Assembly (NCBI GenBank): GCA_017397685.1
Contig: JAFQID010000026.1
Location: forward strand, 153 to 64,152
Origin: Bacilli bacterium
Lineage (GTDB): Bacteria; Bacillota_I; Bacilli_A; RF39; UBA660
Direction of reading: 5' to 3'
DNA length: 64,000 nt
Shown piece after piece: positions 1 through 9,319 of this stretch. The notes below the pieces were generated by a model. It was not told where the DNA came from and did no database searches. It saw nothing but the letters and a program-made list of their open reading frames with translations. The translations under genes and the position numbers were made by a program. Within the stretch, counting starts at the first letter, position 1. Every line of letters begins with the position of its first letter.

Positions 1-141
1 TAAGCGGGAAGCCCTCTCCAAGATGAGTTTTCTCTATCTTTAAGATATAAGAACCCATGAAGACTACATGGTTGATAGGCTAGATGTGGAAGCATAGTGA
101 TATGTTGAGCTGACTAGTACTAATAGTTCGACAATTTAATC
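1..141 (+). rRNA. rrl: 23S rRNA, 3' terminal ~140 nt (partial; gene continues upstream of the window)
   Basis: TAAGCGGGAAGCC...GTTGATAGGC...GAGCTGACTAGTACTAATAG aligns by eye to the conserved 3' end of bacterial 23S rRNA. The 3' boundary is approximate. Confidence 0.85.
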
Positions 142-211
142 ATTTTAATAATTTGATAAAAATAATCACATTATCTTGTTTTGAGAGAACAATTATGTTA
201 TAATACTTTTG

Positions 212-311
212 CAGGTGACGATGGCAAAGTGGATACACCTCTTCCCATACCGAACAGAGAAGTTAAGCACTTTTACGGCGAAAATAGTGTAAGCGAAGAT
301 AGCAAGTCGCC
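212..311 (+). rRNA. rrf: 5S rRNA (short form, ~100 nt; ends approximate)
   Basis: Conserved CCCATACCGAACAGAGAAGTTAAGC segment. Terminal helix GGTGAC / GTCGCC. Followed by a T9 run. Lies ~70 nt after the 23S end. Confidence 0.85.
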
Positions 312-377
312 TTTTTTTTTGCTTTTATAATTGCTTTTTGTTTATTATTATTTTATATTATTTTATGGAGGAGTTAT

Positions 378-1433
378 ATGACTAAAGTTTATAATTTTAT
401 GAATGAAATGGATCAGGAAGTTATTAATTTCTTAGGTAGTGAGATTAAGAATGGAAAAATTGTTATTTTTCCTACTGAAACTGTTTATGGAATTGGTGCT
501 AATATTTTTGATCCTTTTGCTGTAGATAGAATTTTTGATTTTAAAGGAAGAGCTAATGATAATCCTTTAATTGTTCATATTTCTGATAAAATAATGCTTA
601 ATGATATTGTATTTCCTTATAGTGATGTTGAGAGAAAATTAATAGATGCTTTTATGCCCGGTCCATTTACTATTATTTTAAATAAGAGAGATTGTGTTAA
701 TAAATATGTTACTGGCGGATTAAATACTGTTGGAGTTAGAATGCCTTCTAATATAGTTGCTAGAAAGTTAATTAAAGCTGCGGGTGTACCTATTGCTGCT
801 CCTAGTGCTAATTTATCTGGTAAACCTAGTGGTACTAATATTGACGATGTTTATGATGAGTTTAATGGTAAGGTAGATTACATTATTGATTATGGTGATA
901 GTGATATCGGTCTCGAATCAACCGTTGTTAAAGTAATTGATGGTATTCCTGTAATATTAAGACCTGGAAAAATAACTCCTGAGGATATAATCGAGGTTGT
1001 TGGTGCTGTTAAGGTTCATGATACTGTATTAAAACCTGCTGATTTGAATGAGAAAGTTGAAAGTCCAGGAGTCAAATATAAACATTATGCACCAGAAGCT
1101 AAAACTTTACTTATTTATTCAGATTATTGTTCTTATTTTAAAGAGGCTATTAAAAATTATATTATCCCTAATACATGTATTATTGGTCCTGAGGAGTGGA
1201 AAAATGATTTTGACTGTAAATATTATGTTTCTTATGGTAGCGAAAACAATTTAAGTGAAATATCAAAAAAAATCTACAAATCAATTAGACTTGCAGATTC
1301 TTATAAACCCGATTTTATAATCATAGTTGGTGTTAGTGATAAAGGTGAAGGGTTAGCAATAATGAACAGATTGTTAAGAGCATCTAGTTATAATTTTGTT
1401 AATATTGATAAGTTTAGACAAAATAAGGTATAG
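378..1433 (+). CDS. tsaC: L-threonylcarbamoyladenylate synthase (Sua5/YwlC type, with C-terminal Sua5 domain)
   Basis: 351 aa. YrdC-fold motifs FPTETVYGIGAN and APSANLSGKPS, plus a C-terminal extension typical of Sua5. GGAGG RBS upstream. Confidence 0.85.
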   Translation: MTKVYNFMNEMDQEVINFLGSEIKNGKIVIFPTETVYGIGANIFDPFAVDRIFDFKGRANDNPLIVHISDKIMLNDIVFPYSDVERKLIDAFMPGPFTIILNKRDCVNKYVTGGLNTVGVRMPSNIVARKLIKAAGVPIAAPSANLSGKPSGTNIDDVYDEFNGKVDYIIDYGDSDIGLESTVVKVIDGIPVILRPGKITPEDIIEVVGAVKVHDTVLKPADLNEKVESPGVKYKHYAPEAKTLLIYSDYCSYFKEAIKNYIIPNTCIIGPEEWKNDFDCKYYVSYGSENNLSEISKKIYKSIRLADSYKPDFIIIVGVSDKGEGLAIMNRLLRASSYNFVNIDKFRQNKV

Positions 1434-1446
1434 TGTTATTTAGTAA

Positions 1447-1911
1447 TTATTTACTTATTATGTCTTTTTCTTTTAGATAATTATTTATATTATCGTTTGT
1501 AATATCTATTTTTGTATCTAATAATCTTTCTTTTTCTACTATAAATACATATGGTGTATATCCTGTATAATCTTTTAATTCATAAGTGTTTTTTAATATA
1601 TTTAAAGTATTTTTATCTAAATTGTCTATATTATAATAATATAAAGTTATATCATATTCATTTTTAATATTATAAAGATGTTTTTCAAGTTCTTTACATT
1701 TTTTTGAAGAACTCATGCATAGAACGGTTGTTACTTTTTTTGTTTTAGTGTCTATTAACCACTTTTTTGATTCTTCTGATAGTTCTTCTCTATTTAATTC
1801 TTCTGTTATTTTTTCTATTTCTTCTTTTTCTTGTTGTTTTTTAATTTCTTCTTGTGTTTGACAGTTCGTTAAAAATAATATGCATGATATACTTAATAAA
1901 AACTTCTTCAT
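1447..1911 (-). CDS. hypothetical lipoprotein
   Basis: 154 aa. N-terminal signal peptide with a lipobox-like LTNC. Glu/Lys-rich linker. No family recognised. Confidence 0.6.
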   Translation of the reverse strand: MKKFLLSISCILFLTNCQTQEEIKKQQEKEEIEKITEELNREELSEESKKWLIDTKTKKVTTVLCMSSSKKCKELEKHLYNIKNEYDITLYYYNIDNLDKNTLNILKNTYELKDYTGYTPYVFIVEKERLLDTKIDITNDNINNYLKEKDIISK

Positions 1912-1980
1912 TTTACTTCTCCTAATTTTATTATAATCAATTTTCTTGATATTTTCAATTCTATTTTATATAATTGAGTT

Positions 1981-3303
1981 ATGAAAAAAATAAGAAGAAA
2001 AAGAAAAATTAGGGTTTTTAGAGTAGTTATTGCTTTCTCATTATTTTTAACTATTTTATATGGTTTATTTTATTTTTTTATTAATAATGATAGTGGTAGT
2101 AGTTCTGAAAATGTTGATGATAGTATTGTTAATAATTTATATAAAGAATTAATTATTAGTGATAGAGAAAGTGATTCAAATATTATAAAAGATGTTTTGA
2201 CTAACGGCATGAATGCAATAGATTTTAAAAAAATATTGGATAGAAAAGCTATTTATATTACTACTAAAAATACTTATAAAACTATGAATTATGATTTTGA
2301 TAAAAAATTATCTTATAAAGATATAGAAGAGTATTTATATAATATGTCATCTAGTGATATTGTTATCTTAGAAAATATAGGTAAGTCTGTTGATGATAGA
2401 ATAATTTATGGTATTGAAGTTGGTAAAGGAGATAAGGTTTTATTTATTGATGGTAATATACATGCGGCTGAAGTTGGAGGAACATTATTTATTTTAAAAT
2501 TGTTAAATGATTTAGTTATTAATTATGAAGACAATGTCTCTGAAGTTAAGGAACTTTTAAATAATTATAAAATTGTAGCTATTCCATCTATCAATCCAGA
2601 TGGATATGAGTATGTTAATTTTGGAATTGATACAATTAGAAATAAGAATTTGTGGATTTATAAAAATAAGGATAACATTGATCAATTTAATTCTAAGTTT
2701 AATGCTAATGGGGTAGATTTAAATAGAAATTTTCCTACTCAAAATGGTGCGTTATTATTTGAAAGTGAAGAACTTATTAATAGTGTATCTTTAGAAAAAA
2801 CTACAAGTATTTATAAATATTACAGTGGTGATAGTTTAGCAAGTGAACCAGAAACACGGGCTTTTATGTATTATTTTATTAAGCATTATAAAAATATTCA
2901 TACTTATGTAAATATACATAGTCAGGGAAGAGTTTTATATGCTGGTAAGCCTAATTTAACAAGTGAGTTTAATTCTTTGTGTAAAAAAACTGCTCAAGAA
3001 ATAAGTAATATTACTAATTATACTGTTTATGGTACTGATTATGAAGAAGTTGGAGAGGGGAATGATGGTTCTGTAACGGATTTTGCTTCAGAACTTGCTC
3101 ATGGATTTAAGTTTAGTGAAAAAACAGGAAGATTATCATCCGATAAGCATATAGATAATTCATCTTTACTTAAATATAATTATTCAGTTATTACATTAGA
3201 GACTATGGATAGATATACTACGGATGTTAAATATTTTAAAGATGAGTGGATTTATAGAAATTTTAAAGATTTATTTATATCTTTGTTAAAAAATGATTAT
3301 TAA
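1981..3303 (+). CDS. membrane-anchored M14-family zinc carboxypeptidase
   Basis: 440 aa. N-terminal TM helix. M14 signatures IHAAEVGG, NPDGYEY, VDLNRNF and a downstream NIHSQG. Confidence 0.75.
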   Translation: MKKIRRKRKIRVFRVVIAFSLFLTILYGLFYFFINNDSGSSSENVDDSIVNNLYKELIISDRESDSNIIKDVLTNGMNAIDFKKILDRKAIYITTKNTYKTMNYDFDKKLSYKDIEEYLYNMSSSDIVILENIGKSVDDRIIYGIEVGKGDKVLFIDGNIHAAEVGGTLFILKLLNDLVINYEDNVSEVKELLNNYKIVAIPSINPDGYEYVNFGIDTIRNKNLWIYKNKDNIDQFNSKFNANGVDLNRNFPTQNGALLFESEELINSVSLEKTTSIYKYYSGDSLASEPETRAFMYYFIKHYKNIHTYVNIHSQGRVLYAGKPNLTSEFNSLCKKTAQEISNITNYTVYGTDYEEVGEGNDGSVTDFASELAHGFKFSEKTGRLSSDKHIDNSSLLKYNYSVITLETMDRYTTDVKYFKDEWIYRNFKDLFISLLKNDY

Positions 3304-3403
3304 AAGAACTTTTTATAAGGTTTCTTTTTTAATAAAAATATGATTGTGTTATAATATTATTTAGATATTTATTTATAAGTATTTATTAGTTGGAGGTTTT
3401 ATA

Positions 3404-3703
3404 ATGAATGATATATTTACTGAAGCAATGGTTGATAAGTTTGCTAATGATTTATTGATTGGTTTGTCTAGGGAAGAAAATAAGTTAGTACTTGATGAGT
3501 TTGAAGAAATTAGAAAAAATATTAATTTAATTAGTGAAATTGAAAATATTGAGTTAGTTGAACCTATGACTCATCCTTTTGATACTCCAGGTGTTGAACT
3601 AAGAGATGATGAAGTTAAAGAGTCAATTAGTATAGATGATGCTTTTTCTAATTGCGATGTTTTTGAAGGAAATGAAATTAAAGTACCAAAGGTGGTGGAA
3701 TAA
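3404..3703 (+). CDS. gatC: Asp/Glu-tRNA amidotransferase subunit C
   Basis: 99 aa, directly upstream of and overlapping gatA. Typical GatC size and acidic C-terminus. Operon order gatCAB. Confidence 0.85.
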   Translation: MNDIFTEAMVDKFANDLLIGLSREENKLVLDEFEEIRKNINLISEIENIELVEPMTHPFDTPGVELRDDEVKESISIDDAFSNCDVFEGNEIKVPKVVE

Positions 3704-5160
3704 TGGAATATATGAATAAAAATATTGTTGAAATACATGAAGCTTTAAAAACTGGTAAAGTTAGTGTAAAAAATTTAATCAATGAGTCTTTATTAAAGAG
3801 TAGGGAAGTACAAGAAAAATGTAATGCATTTGTAAGTATTTTAAATGATGCTAAAGAAGTAAATATAACTGATAATTTATTATCGGGCATACCTTATGGA
3901 ATTAAGGATAATTATTCTACTAAGGGTATTCTTACAACAGGTTCTTCTAATACTTTAAAAGATTATGTTCCATTTTTTAACGCTACGGTTATTGATAAAT
4001 TAAATGAATGTGGTGCGATTGGTGTTAATAAAACAGCACTTGATGAGTTTGGTATGGGGGGAACAGGTTTGAGTGCTCATACTGGTTATATAAGAAATCC
4101 TTGGGATGCAGAAAGAATGTGTGCTGGTTCTTCTTCTGGTTCAGCTGCGGCTGTTTCAAGTGGGGTATATCCTTATGCATTAGGAAGTGATACTGGAGAT
4201 TCTATAAGAAAACCAGCTGCATACTGTGGTATAGTTGGTTATAAACCTACTTATGGAATGATTTCGAGATTTGGTTTATTTGCTTATGCTTCTTCTCTTG
4301 ATCATTGTGGTGTTTTAACGAGATGTGTTGATGATGCGGCTATTGTTGTAGATGCAATTAAGGGAAAAGATAGTAAAGATATGACTTCTTGGGATAGCTC
4401 TAATATTAATCTTTTTAAAAATATTAATAATGAAATTTCCAATAAAAAGTTATGTTATATTAAAGAAATCTGTGATATTTCTTTTTATCCTAATCCAACA
4501 GATGAGTTAAGAAAACATTTGAGTAAGTTTAATGAAGTGATTGAAAAGGTTAAAGAACTTGGTTTTGAAGTAGTTGAGGAGAGTATAAACCAAAATCTTC
4601 TTAATGCTTTACCTGCCGTTTATGATGTCATTTCTTATGCGGAAGCTACTAGTAATTTGTCTAATTTAACAGGTATTATTTTTGGACCTAGGGGTGAAGG
4701 AAATAATATTAATGAAATAATGAAAGATTATAGAACTAAAGGTTTTTCATCATTAATTAAAAGAAGGTTTGTTATAGGTTCTTATGTTCTTCAAAAAGAA
4801 AATCAAGAGAAGTATTTTGTAAATGCTCAAAGAGTTAGAAGATTGCTTGTTAATGAGTGGAAAAAAATATTTGAAACTTATAGTGCGGTTATTTTACCGG
4901 TTTCGAGTGGTCCTGCTAAATATATTGATAAATCTAAAAATATTATCAGTGAAGGAACTAAAGTACTTGAAGAGCATTTACAAATAGGTGATTTTGGTGG
5001 TTTTCCATCTATAACTATTCCTTCTGGTTATGTTGATAATTTACCTGTAGGAATTAATATAACATGTGATATATTTAATGATGAGTTAGTTCTTCAGATT
5101 GCTAAAAAGATAGAGGGGAAATTAGGTCTTAAAAATATTATAGCTGGGGAGGTGAGATAG
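3703..5160 (+). CDS. gatA: Asp/Glu-tRNA amidotransferase subunit A
   Basis: 485 aa. Amidase signature GSSSGSAAAVSSG...GSDTGDSIRKPAAYCG. Confidence 0.92.
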   Translation: MEYMNKNIVEIHEALKTGKVSVKNLINESLLKSREVQEKCNAFVSILNDAKEVNITDNLLSGIPYGIKDNYSTKGILTTGSSNTLKDYVPFFNATVIDKLNECGAIGVNKTALDEFGMGGTGLSAHTGYIRNPWDAERMCAGSSSGSAAAVSSGVYPYALGSDTGDSIRKPAAYCGIVGYKPTYGMISRFGLFAYASSLDHCGVLTRCVDDAAIVVDAIKGKDSKDMTSWDSSNINLFKNINNEISNKKLCYIKEICDISFYPNPTDELRKHLSKFNEVIEKVKELGFEVVEESINQNLLNALPAVYDVISYAEATSNLSNLTGIIFGPRGEGNNINEIMKDYRTKGFSSLIKRRFVIGSYVLQKENQEKYFVNAQRVRRLLVNEWKKIFETYSAVILPVSSGPAKYIDKSKNIISEGTKVLEEHLQIGDFGGFPSITIPSGYVDNLPVGINITCDIFNDELVLQIAKKIEGKLGLKNIIAGEVR

Positions 5161-6585
5161 ATGGCTTTAAAAGCTGTTATTGGACTAGAGATGCATTGTG
5201 AGCTTAAAAGTAATTCTAAAGTTTTTTCTAGTAGTAAGAATTCCTATGAAAAGGATGCAAATGTTAATATATCCGCTATTGATCTTGCTTTTCCTGGAGT
5301 ACTTCCTGTTTTAAATAAGGAATGCGTGCGAAAGTCTTTAATGATGTCTATTGCTCTTAATTGTTCTTTACCTGAATATATTTATTTTGATAGAAAAAAT
5401 TATTATTATCCTGATTTACCTAAAGGTTATCAAATTACTCAAAGTCATGATCCTGTTGGAGTTGATGGTGAAGTTATAATTGAATGTAATAAAGAGGAAA
5501 GAAAAATTAAAATACATGATATACACCTAGAAGAAGATACTGCTAGTCTTGATCATGTTTTTGATAGTAGTTTTATTGATTATAATAGAGCAGGAGTTCC
5601 TTTACTTGAGTTGGTTACTGAGCCATGTATTTATTCTGCGGATGAGGCTGTAGCTTTTTTAGAGCATATTAAAAGAATATATCAATATTGTGATATTAGT
5701 GATGCCGATAGTAAAAAAGGTCAAATTAGATGTGATGTTAATGTTTCTATGATGGAGGAAGATGCTAAAGAACTTGGTACAAGGGTAGAGGTTAAGAATA
5801 TTAATTCTTTTAGTAGTGTATATGATGCTATTGTTTATGAAATCAATAGACAAAGTGAACTTATAAATAGTGGTAGAGGCGATGAAATTGTTCAAGAAAC
5901 TAGAAGGTTTGATGAAGAAAGTGGAACAACTAAAAGAATGAGAAGTAAAGAGGATGCGATTGATTATAAGTATTTTGTTGAACCTAATATTCCTAAGTAT
6001 AAAGTTTCAAAGGAATGGGTAGAAGAAATAAGTAGTTGTATTCCTGAACTTCCACTTGATAGAAAGAAAAGATATATTAAAGAGTATGGTCTTTCTGATT
6101 ATGATGCGAATATTATTATAAAAGAAAAAGATTATGCTGATTATTTTGAAAAATGTATAAGTTTAGGTATGGATGCGAAGGAAAGTGCTAACTGGATTAT
6201 TGTTAATATTCTTGCGTATATTAATAAACTTGATATAGGTATTAACGATTTGTTTATTACTCCTGAAAAACTTAAGGTTATTATAGATGCTAAGAAAAAA
6301 GGAGCTATTTCTAGTAAACAAGCTAAAGAAATTTTTGTTAAAGTTATAGAAGATAAAAAAGATCCAATAGAGTATATTAAAGATAATTCACAAATCTCTG
6401 ATAAAGAAGAACTTATTAAGATTATTGATGATATTCTTCTAAAAAGTGAGTCTCAAATTGAAGCTTATAAAGCTGGAAGAAGTAATTTGTTTGATTATTT
6501 TGTTGGTCAAGTTATGAAAAATACTCGTGGTAAAGCTAATCCTGTTATGACTAAAGAAATACTTAATGAAAAGTTAAATGGGTAA
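5161..6585 (+). CDS. gatB: Asp/Glu-tRNA amidotransferase subunit B
   Basis: 474 aa. N-terminal VIGLEMHCEL, DRKNYYYPDLPKGYQITQ, and a C-terminal YqeY-like tail. Confidence 0.92.
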   Translation: MALKAVIGLEMHCELKSNSKVFSSSKNSYEKDANVNISAIDLAFPGVLPVLNKECVRKSLMMSIALNCSLPEYIYFDRKNYYYPDLPKGYQITQSHDPVGVDGEVIIECNKEERKIKIHDIHLEEDTASLDHVFDSSFIDYNRAGVPLLELVTEPCIYSADEAVAFLEHIKRIYQYCDISDADSKKGQIRCDVNVSMMEEDAKELGTRVEVKNINSFSSVYDAIVYEINRQSELINSGRGDEIVQETRRFDEESGTTKRMRSKEDAIDYKYFVEPNIPKYKVSKEWVEEISSCIPELPLDRKKRYIKEYGLSDYDANIIIKEKDYADYFEKCISLGMDAKESANWIIVNILAYINKLDIGINDLFITPEKLKVIIDAKKKGAISSKQAKEIFVKVIEDKKDPIEYIKDNSQISDKEELIKIIDDILLKSESQIEAYKAGRSNLFDYFVGQVMKNTRGKANPVMTKEILNEKLNG

Positions 6586-6692
6586 TTTTATATGTATAAT
6601 TATTATAATATTGATTATTATAATAATTGTACTTTTTTTTATAAATTGACTTGAAATTACGAATATTTTTTGGTAGAATATTATTTGCTTAT

Positions 6693-6769
6693 GGCACCAT
6701 TGGTGAAGTGGTTAACACGGCAGATTGTGGTTCTGTTATGCGTCGGTTCGATCCCGACATGGTGTCCCA
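6693..6769 (+). tRNA. tRNA-His (anticodon GTG) with encoded G-1 and CCA
   Basis: Hand-folded cloverleaf. Acceptor GCACCAT/ATGGTGT, and G-1 pairs with C73. Anticodon stem GCAGA/TCTGT with loop TTGTGGT. T arm GTCGG-TTCGATC-CCGAC. Ends in CCA. Confidence 0.85.
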
Positions 6770-6776
6770 TTAGTGA
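6752..6776 (+). repeat. att core, left copy (TCCCGACATGGTGTCCCATTAGTGA)
   Basis: Identical 25-mer at 46571-46595. Covers the last 18 nt of tRNA-His plus 7 nt downstream. Confidence 0.9.
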
Positions 6777-6782
6777 AATGAA

Positions 6783-6808
6783 GTCCCTATTTTAGGGATT
6801 TTTTTTAT
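6783..6808 (+). terminator. phage-borne rho-independent terminator behind the reconstituted tRNA-His
   Basis: TCCCTA-ttt-TAGGGA hairpin followed by a T8 run. Confidence 0.6.
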
Positions 6809-6818
6809 GAATAAAGCA

Positions 6819-6847
6819 TTTTACCTCTTATTTACCTCTTATTTTTC
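6819..6847 (+). repeat. 29-bp direct repeat, left copy (2 x TTTACCTCTTA); candidate integrase arm-type site
   Basis: TTTTACCTCTTATTTACCTCTTATTTTTC is repeated exactly at 46445-46473. It overlaps the int stop codon. Confidence 0.55.
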
Positions 6848-7954
6848 TAAATTATTTATTACCTTTATTATATCATCAAGTTCATTTTTGAATAAATGAG
6901 TATATGTATCCAATGTTGTTGATATTTTGGAATGTCCTAAATATTTTGCTACTAAGGAAATACTTGCACCATTATTAATTAATAAGCTTGCACATGAATG
7001 TCTAAAATCATGTAGTCTAATATGTTTAACCTTTGCTTTTTTCTCACAATTGATTTGATGAAGACTTATCGTATTATCTACCAGTGGGTATATACCTCCA
7101 AAAACGAACCAGTTTTCATTAAAATTATCATATTTTTTGTATTCATTATACAATTTTATTAAATCTTCTGCTAATATATTAGGAATTGGCAACACTCTAT
7201 TACTTCCTTTAGTTTTAGTTGGCAATAGAATGAATTTTTCACCTTTTATTTTGTTTGTTACATTTTTGTTGATTGATAATTTTTTATTTTTAAAATCTAT
7301 ATCTATCCAAGTTAAGCCATTTGCTTCACCTTTTCTTAAACCACAATAATACAATATTTCAAAAAATGTTTTATACTTCAAAGATGTTTCCTCTTTAATA
7401 AATAATTTAAACTCCTCATATGTGTAAAATAACATTTCTTTTTTTAATTGATTGGGATTTTTAAAGTTAGTCATCTTATTTAATGTTATATTTAAATTAT
7501 TAAAGTTATAATATTTAACACCATAATTAAGAATTGCTCTTAATATTTTGTAAATTGTATTTTTATATTCTATACTATAATTCTTTTTTTCAACTTCTAT
7601 TTTCCATTGATTGAAGTGAGTTATAGAATAGTTATTTATTTTAATTTTGTATAAAGATTCAAAAAACTTTAATGATTTATTATAATTCATATATGTAGTT
7701 ATTTTAACTTTATCTTTTTGAAAATTAAGATAATCTTTGATTAGATCTTCTAATGTCATTTCGTTAGGGGATATTTTATCAGTTGTGGTTAATAAAAATA
7801 CTCTTTCTTGTTCTGTTGCTTCTCTTTTTGTTAGGTATAACTTTGAAACTTTTTGTTTTCTTTCGCCTTGTAGTGTTTCATAATAAGTTCTGTAATACCA
7901 ACTTCGTCCATCTTTTGTCCATTTGTTCTTATTTTTTTCTTGATATATTGCCAT
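6839..7954 (-). CDS. int: tyrosine recombinase / phage integrase
   Basis: 371 aa. C-terminal catalytic region GLRKGE...HDFRHSCASLL...LGHSKISTTLDTYTHL (R..HxxR..Y). An N-terminal SAM-like domain is plausible. Confidence 0.92.
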   Translation of the reverse strand: MAIYQEKNKNKWTKDGRSWYYRTYYETLQGERKQKVSKLYLTKREATEQERVFLLTTTDKISPNEMTLEDLIKDYLNFQKDKVKITTYMNYNKSLKFFESLYKIKINNYSITHFNQWKIEVEKKNYSIEYKNTIYKILRAILNYGVKYYNFNNLNITLNKMTNFKNPNQLKKEMLFYTYEEFKLFIKEETSLKYKTFFEILYYCGLRKGEANGLTWIDIDFKNKKLSINKNVTNKIKGEKFILLPTKTKGSNRVLPIPNILAEDLIKLYNEYKKYDNFNENWFVFGGIYPLVDNTISLHQINCEKKAKVKHIRLHDFRHSCASLLINNGASISLVAKYLGHSKISTTLDTYTHLFKNELDDIIKVINNLEK

Positions 7955-8104
7955 AATTTTAAACCTCCATTATTTACTTTTTTTCTTTATATTGCTATAA
8001 TAGAGATACATAAAAAGAGAAAAATACCTTATTCTGTTAGTTTGGTTTTTAATTTTTATGTACACTATATATAGTGTTGACTCTGTATTGGCGTACAGGG
8101 TCTT

Positions 8105-8416
8105 TTATATTTGTTCTAATAATAACTTTATATATCTATCAACTTCATCTTCATACTTTTCAATATTTAAAGCGAATAGGTCTTTGCATGACTGACATAA
8201 ATGACATAACTCAATATGTGCAAGTTCATGTAATATTGTTTTCTTTCTTTTATAATAAGAAAGATTTTTATTTATAAATATATTATAGATGCCGTTATAA
8301 CTAAATATAAAGCCATATATTAATTTAGGCAGTTCTATATAGTTAATATTAGCATCGTAATAATTTATTAATTCTTTTTCTGTTAATTCCCCCTTTAATA
8401 AACTTAATATATTCAT
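8105..8416 (-). CDS. ImmA/IrrE-family metallopeptidase (anti-repressor protease type)
   Basis: 103 aa. HELAHIELCH (HExxH) in the typical ImmA context. Sits in the lysogeny operon between the repressor and int. Confidence 0.7.
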   Translation of the reverse strand: MNILSLLKGELTEKELINYYDANINYIELPKLIYGFIFSYNGIYNIFINKNLSYYKRKKTILHELAHIELCHLCQSCKDLFALNIEKYEDEVDRYIKLLLEQI

Positions 8417-8464
8417 ACTTAATACTCCTTTTTTTCTTTTTATTAAGTATCTATACTAGCATAC

Positions 8465-8953
8465 TTATTTATTATAATAAAACAGTAAAGAGTCTGCTTT
8501 ATTATTTGACGAAACAGTTATTTTATTTTCACCTTGTTTTAATGGTATATTATCCATTTTTAATCGTGCCACAAAAGTATCAGTCTTATATATATCGTTC
8601 CAAATGAAATTATTTTCTTTATTATCTTTATCAACTTCTAAAGGAAACTCGTCATTTAAAATAGCAGTTATATTGCTGTAGCTATTATATAATTTTCCGC
8701 CTATACTCAAATAATTTATATCGTAATTTAATATACATTTATTTTCGCAAGCTATTATATCGGAAACTGTTGAATTATTATATTGTACAGTTATATGACT
8801 ATCATCTATGGCTAAAATCTCTTTGTCTTTATTAAAAAGGTAAAAAAATGAATTAGGTAACCATAAAAAAGACTGAGTAAAAATGCAGAATAATATGTAT
8901 ATACCAATAAATAAAATCAAATAATGTTTCAAAGAACGTTTTTTGTTATCCAT
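8465..8953 (-). CDS. single-pass membrane protein in the lysogeny operon (function unknown)
   Basis: Start moved to MDNKKRS, where ATGGATAA overlaps the repressor stop. One TM helix (YLILFIGIYILFCIF). Predicted extracytoplasmic beta-rich domain. Confidence 0.6.
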   Translation of the reverse strand: MDNKKRSLKHYLILFIGIYILFCIFTQSFLWLPNSFFYLFNKDKEILAIDDSHITVQYNNSTVSDIIACENKCILNYDINYLSIGGKLYNSYSNITAILNDEFPLEVDKDNKENNFIWNDIYKTDTFVARLKMDNIPLKQGENKITVSSNNKADSLLFYYNK

Positions 8954-9296
8954 TGCCTTGCTCCCTATCAATTTCTTTTTTCCTTTGTTCTATTATTGCT
9001 TTAATTATATTTTTATCACTTTCAGATAATATGTCTTTATGTTTATCAAATAGTAGATCAAATTCACTTAAGATGTTATTTTCTTTTATTCTTAAGTCTT
9101 TATCTACAAAATCTTGCACATTAACATTGAATATATCAGATAACCTTAACATATCTTCCATTGTGGGGTTTCTTTGCCCAAGTTCCCATTTTCCTATAGT
9201 AGAGTAGTCTTTGTTCATTCGATTAGCTAATTCGGATTGTGTCATGTTTAAATTATTTCTTAAAAACTTTAAATTACTTGAAAAAAAATTATTCAT
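8946..9296 (-). CDS. XRE-family HTH repressor (CI-like)
   Basis: 116 aa. HTH_3 motif LKFLRNNLNMTQSELANRMNKDYSTIGKWELGQRNP. Divergent from the cro-like gene. Confidence 0.85.
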   Translation of the reverse strand: MNNFFSSNLKFLRNNLNMTQSELANRMNKDYSTIGKWELGQRNPTMEDMLRLSDIFNVNVQDFVDKDLRIKENNILSEFDLLFDKHKDILSESDKNIIKAIIEQRKKEIDREQGNG

Positions 9297-9319
9297 AAAT
9301 ATTCCCCTTTCTTTATTTA

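Noticed and set aside
312-377. The T/A-rich spacer after the 5S gene (TTTTATTATTATTTTATATTATTTTATGG) considered as a repeat element.
   Set aside because: It is simple AT-rich intergenic sequence, probably the tsaC promoter/RBS region. It has no second copy and no structure.
1048-1254. Many 60-130-aa ORFs in the track lie inside or antisense to longer, well-supported genes. Examples: 1048-1254, 3678-3890, 5659-5895, 7137-7349, 8074-8277, 8953-9207, 11071-11307, 16022-16405, 25373-25726, 33218-33526, 34274-34600, 35999-36337, 46916-47287, 52793-53023 and 61067-61297.
   Set aside because: Their translations are Phe/Ile/Leu/Ser-rich low-complexity strings, typical of shadow frames in AT-rich DNA. 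They lack RBSs and overlap genes with clear family signatures.
8105-9296. A search for an excisionase gene near int or the lysogeny module.
   Set aside because: No small MerR/Xis-like HTH ORF could be recognised by eye near int. The protein at 10255-10512 is a possible candidate, but I cannot support the call.
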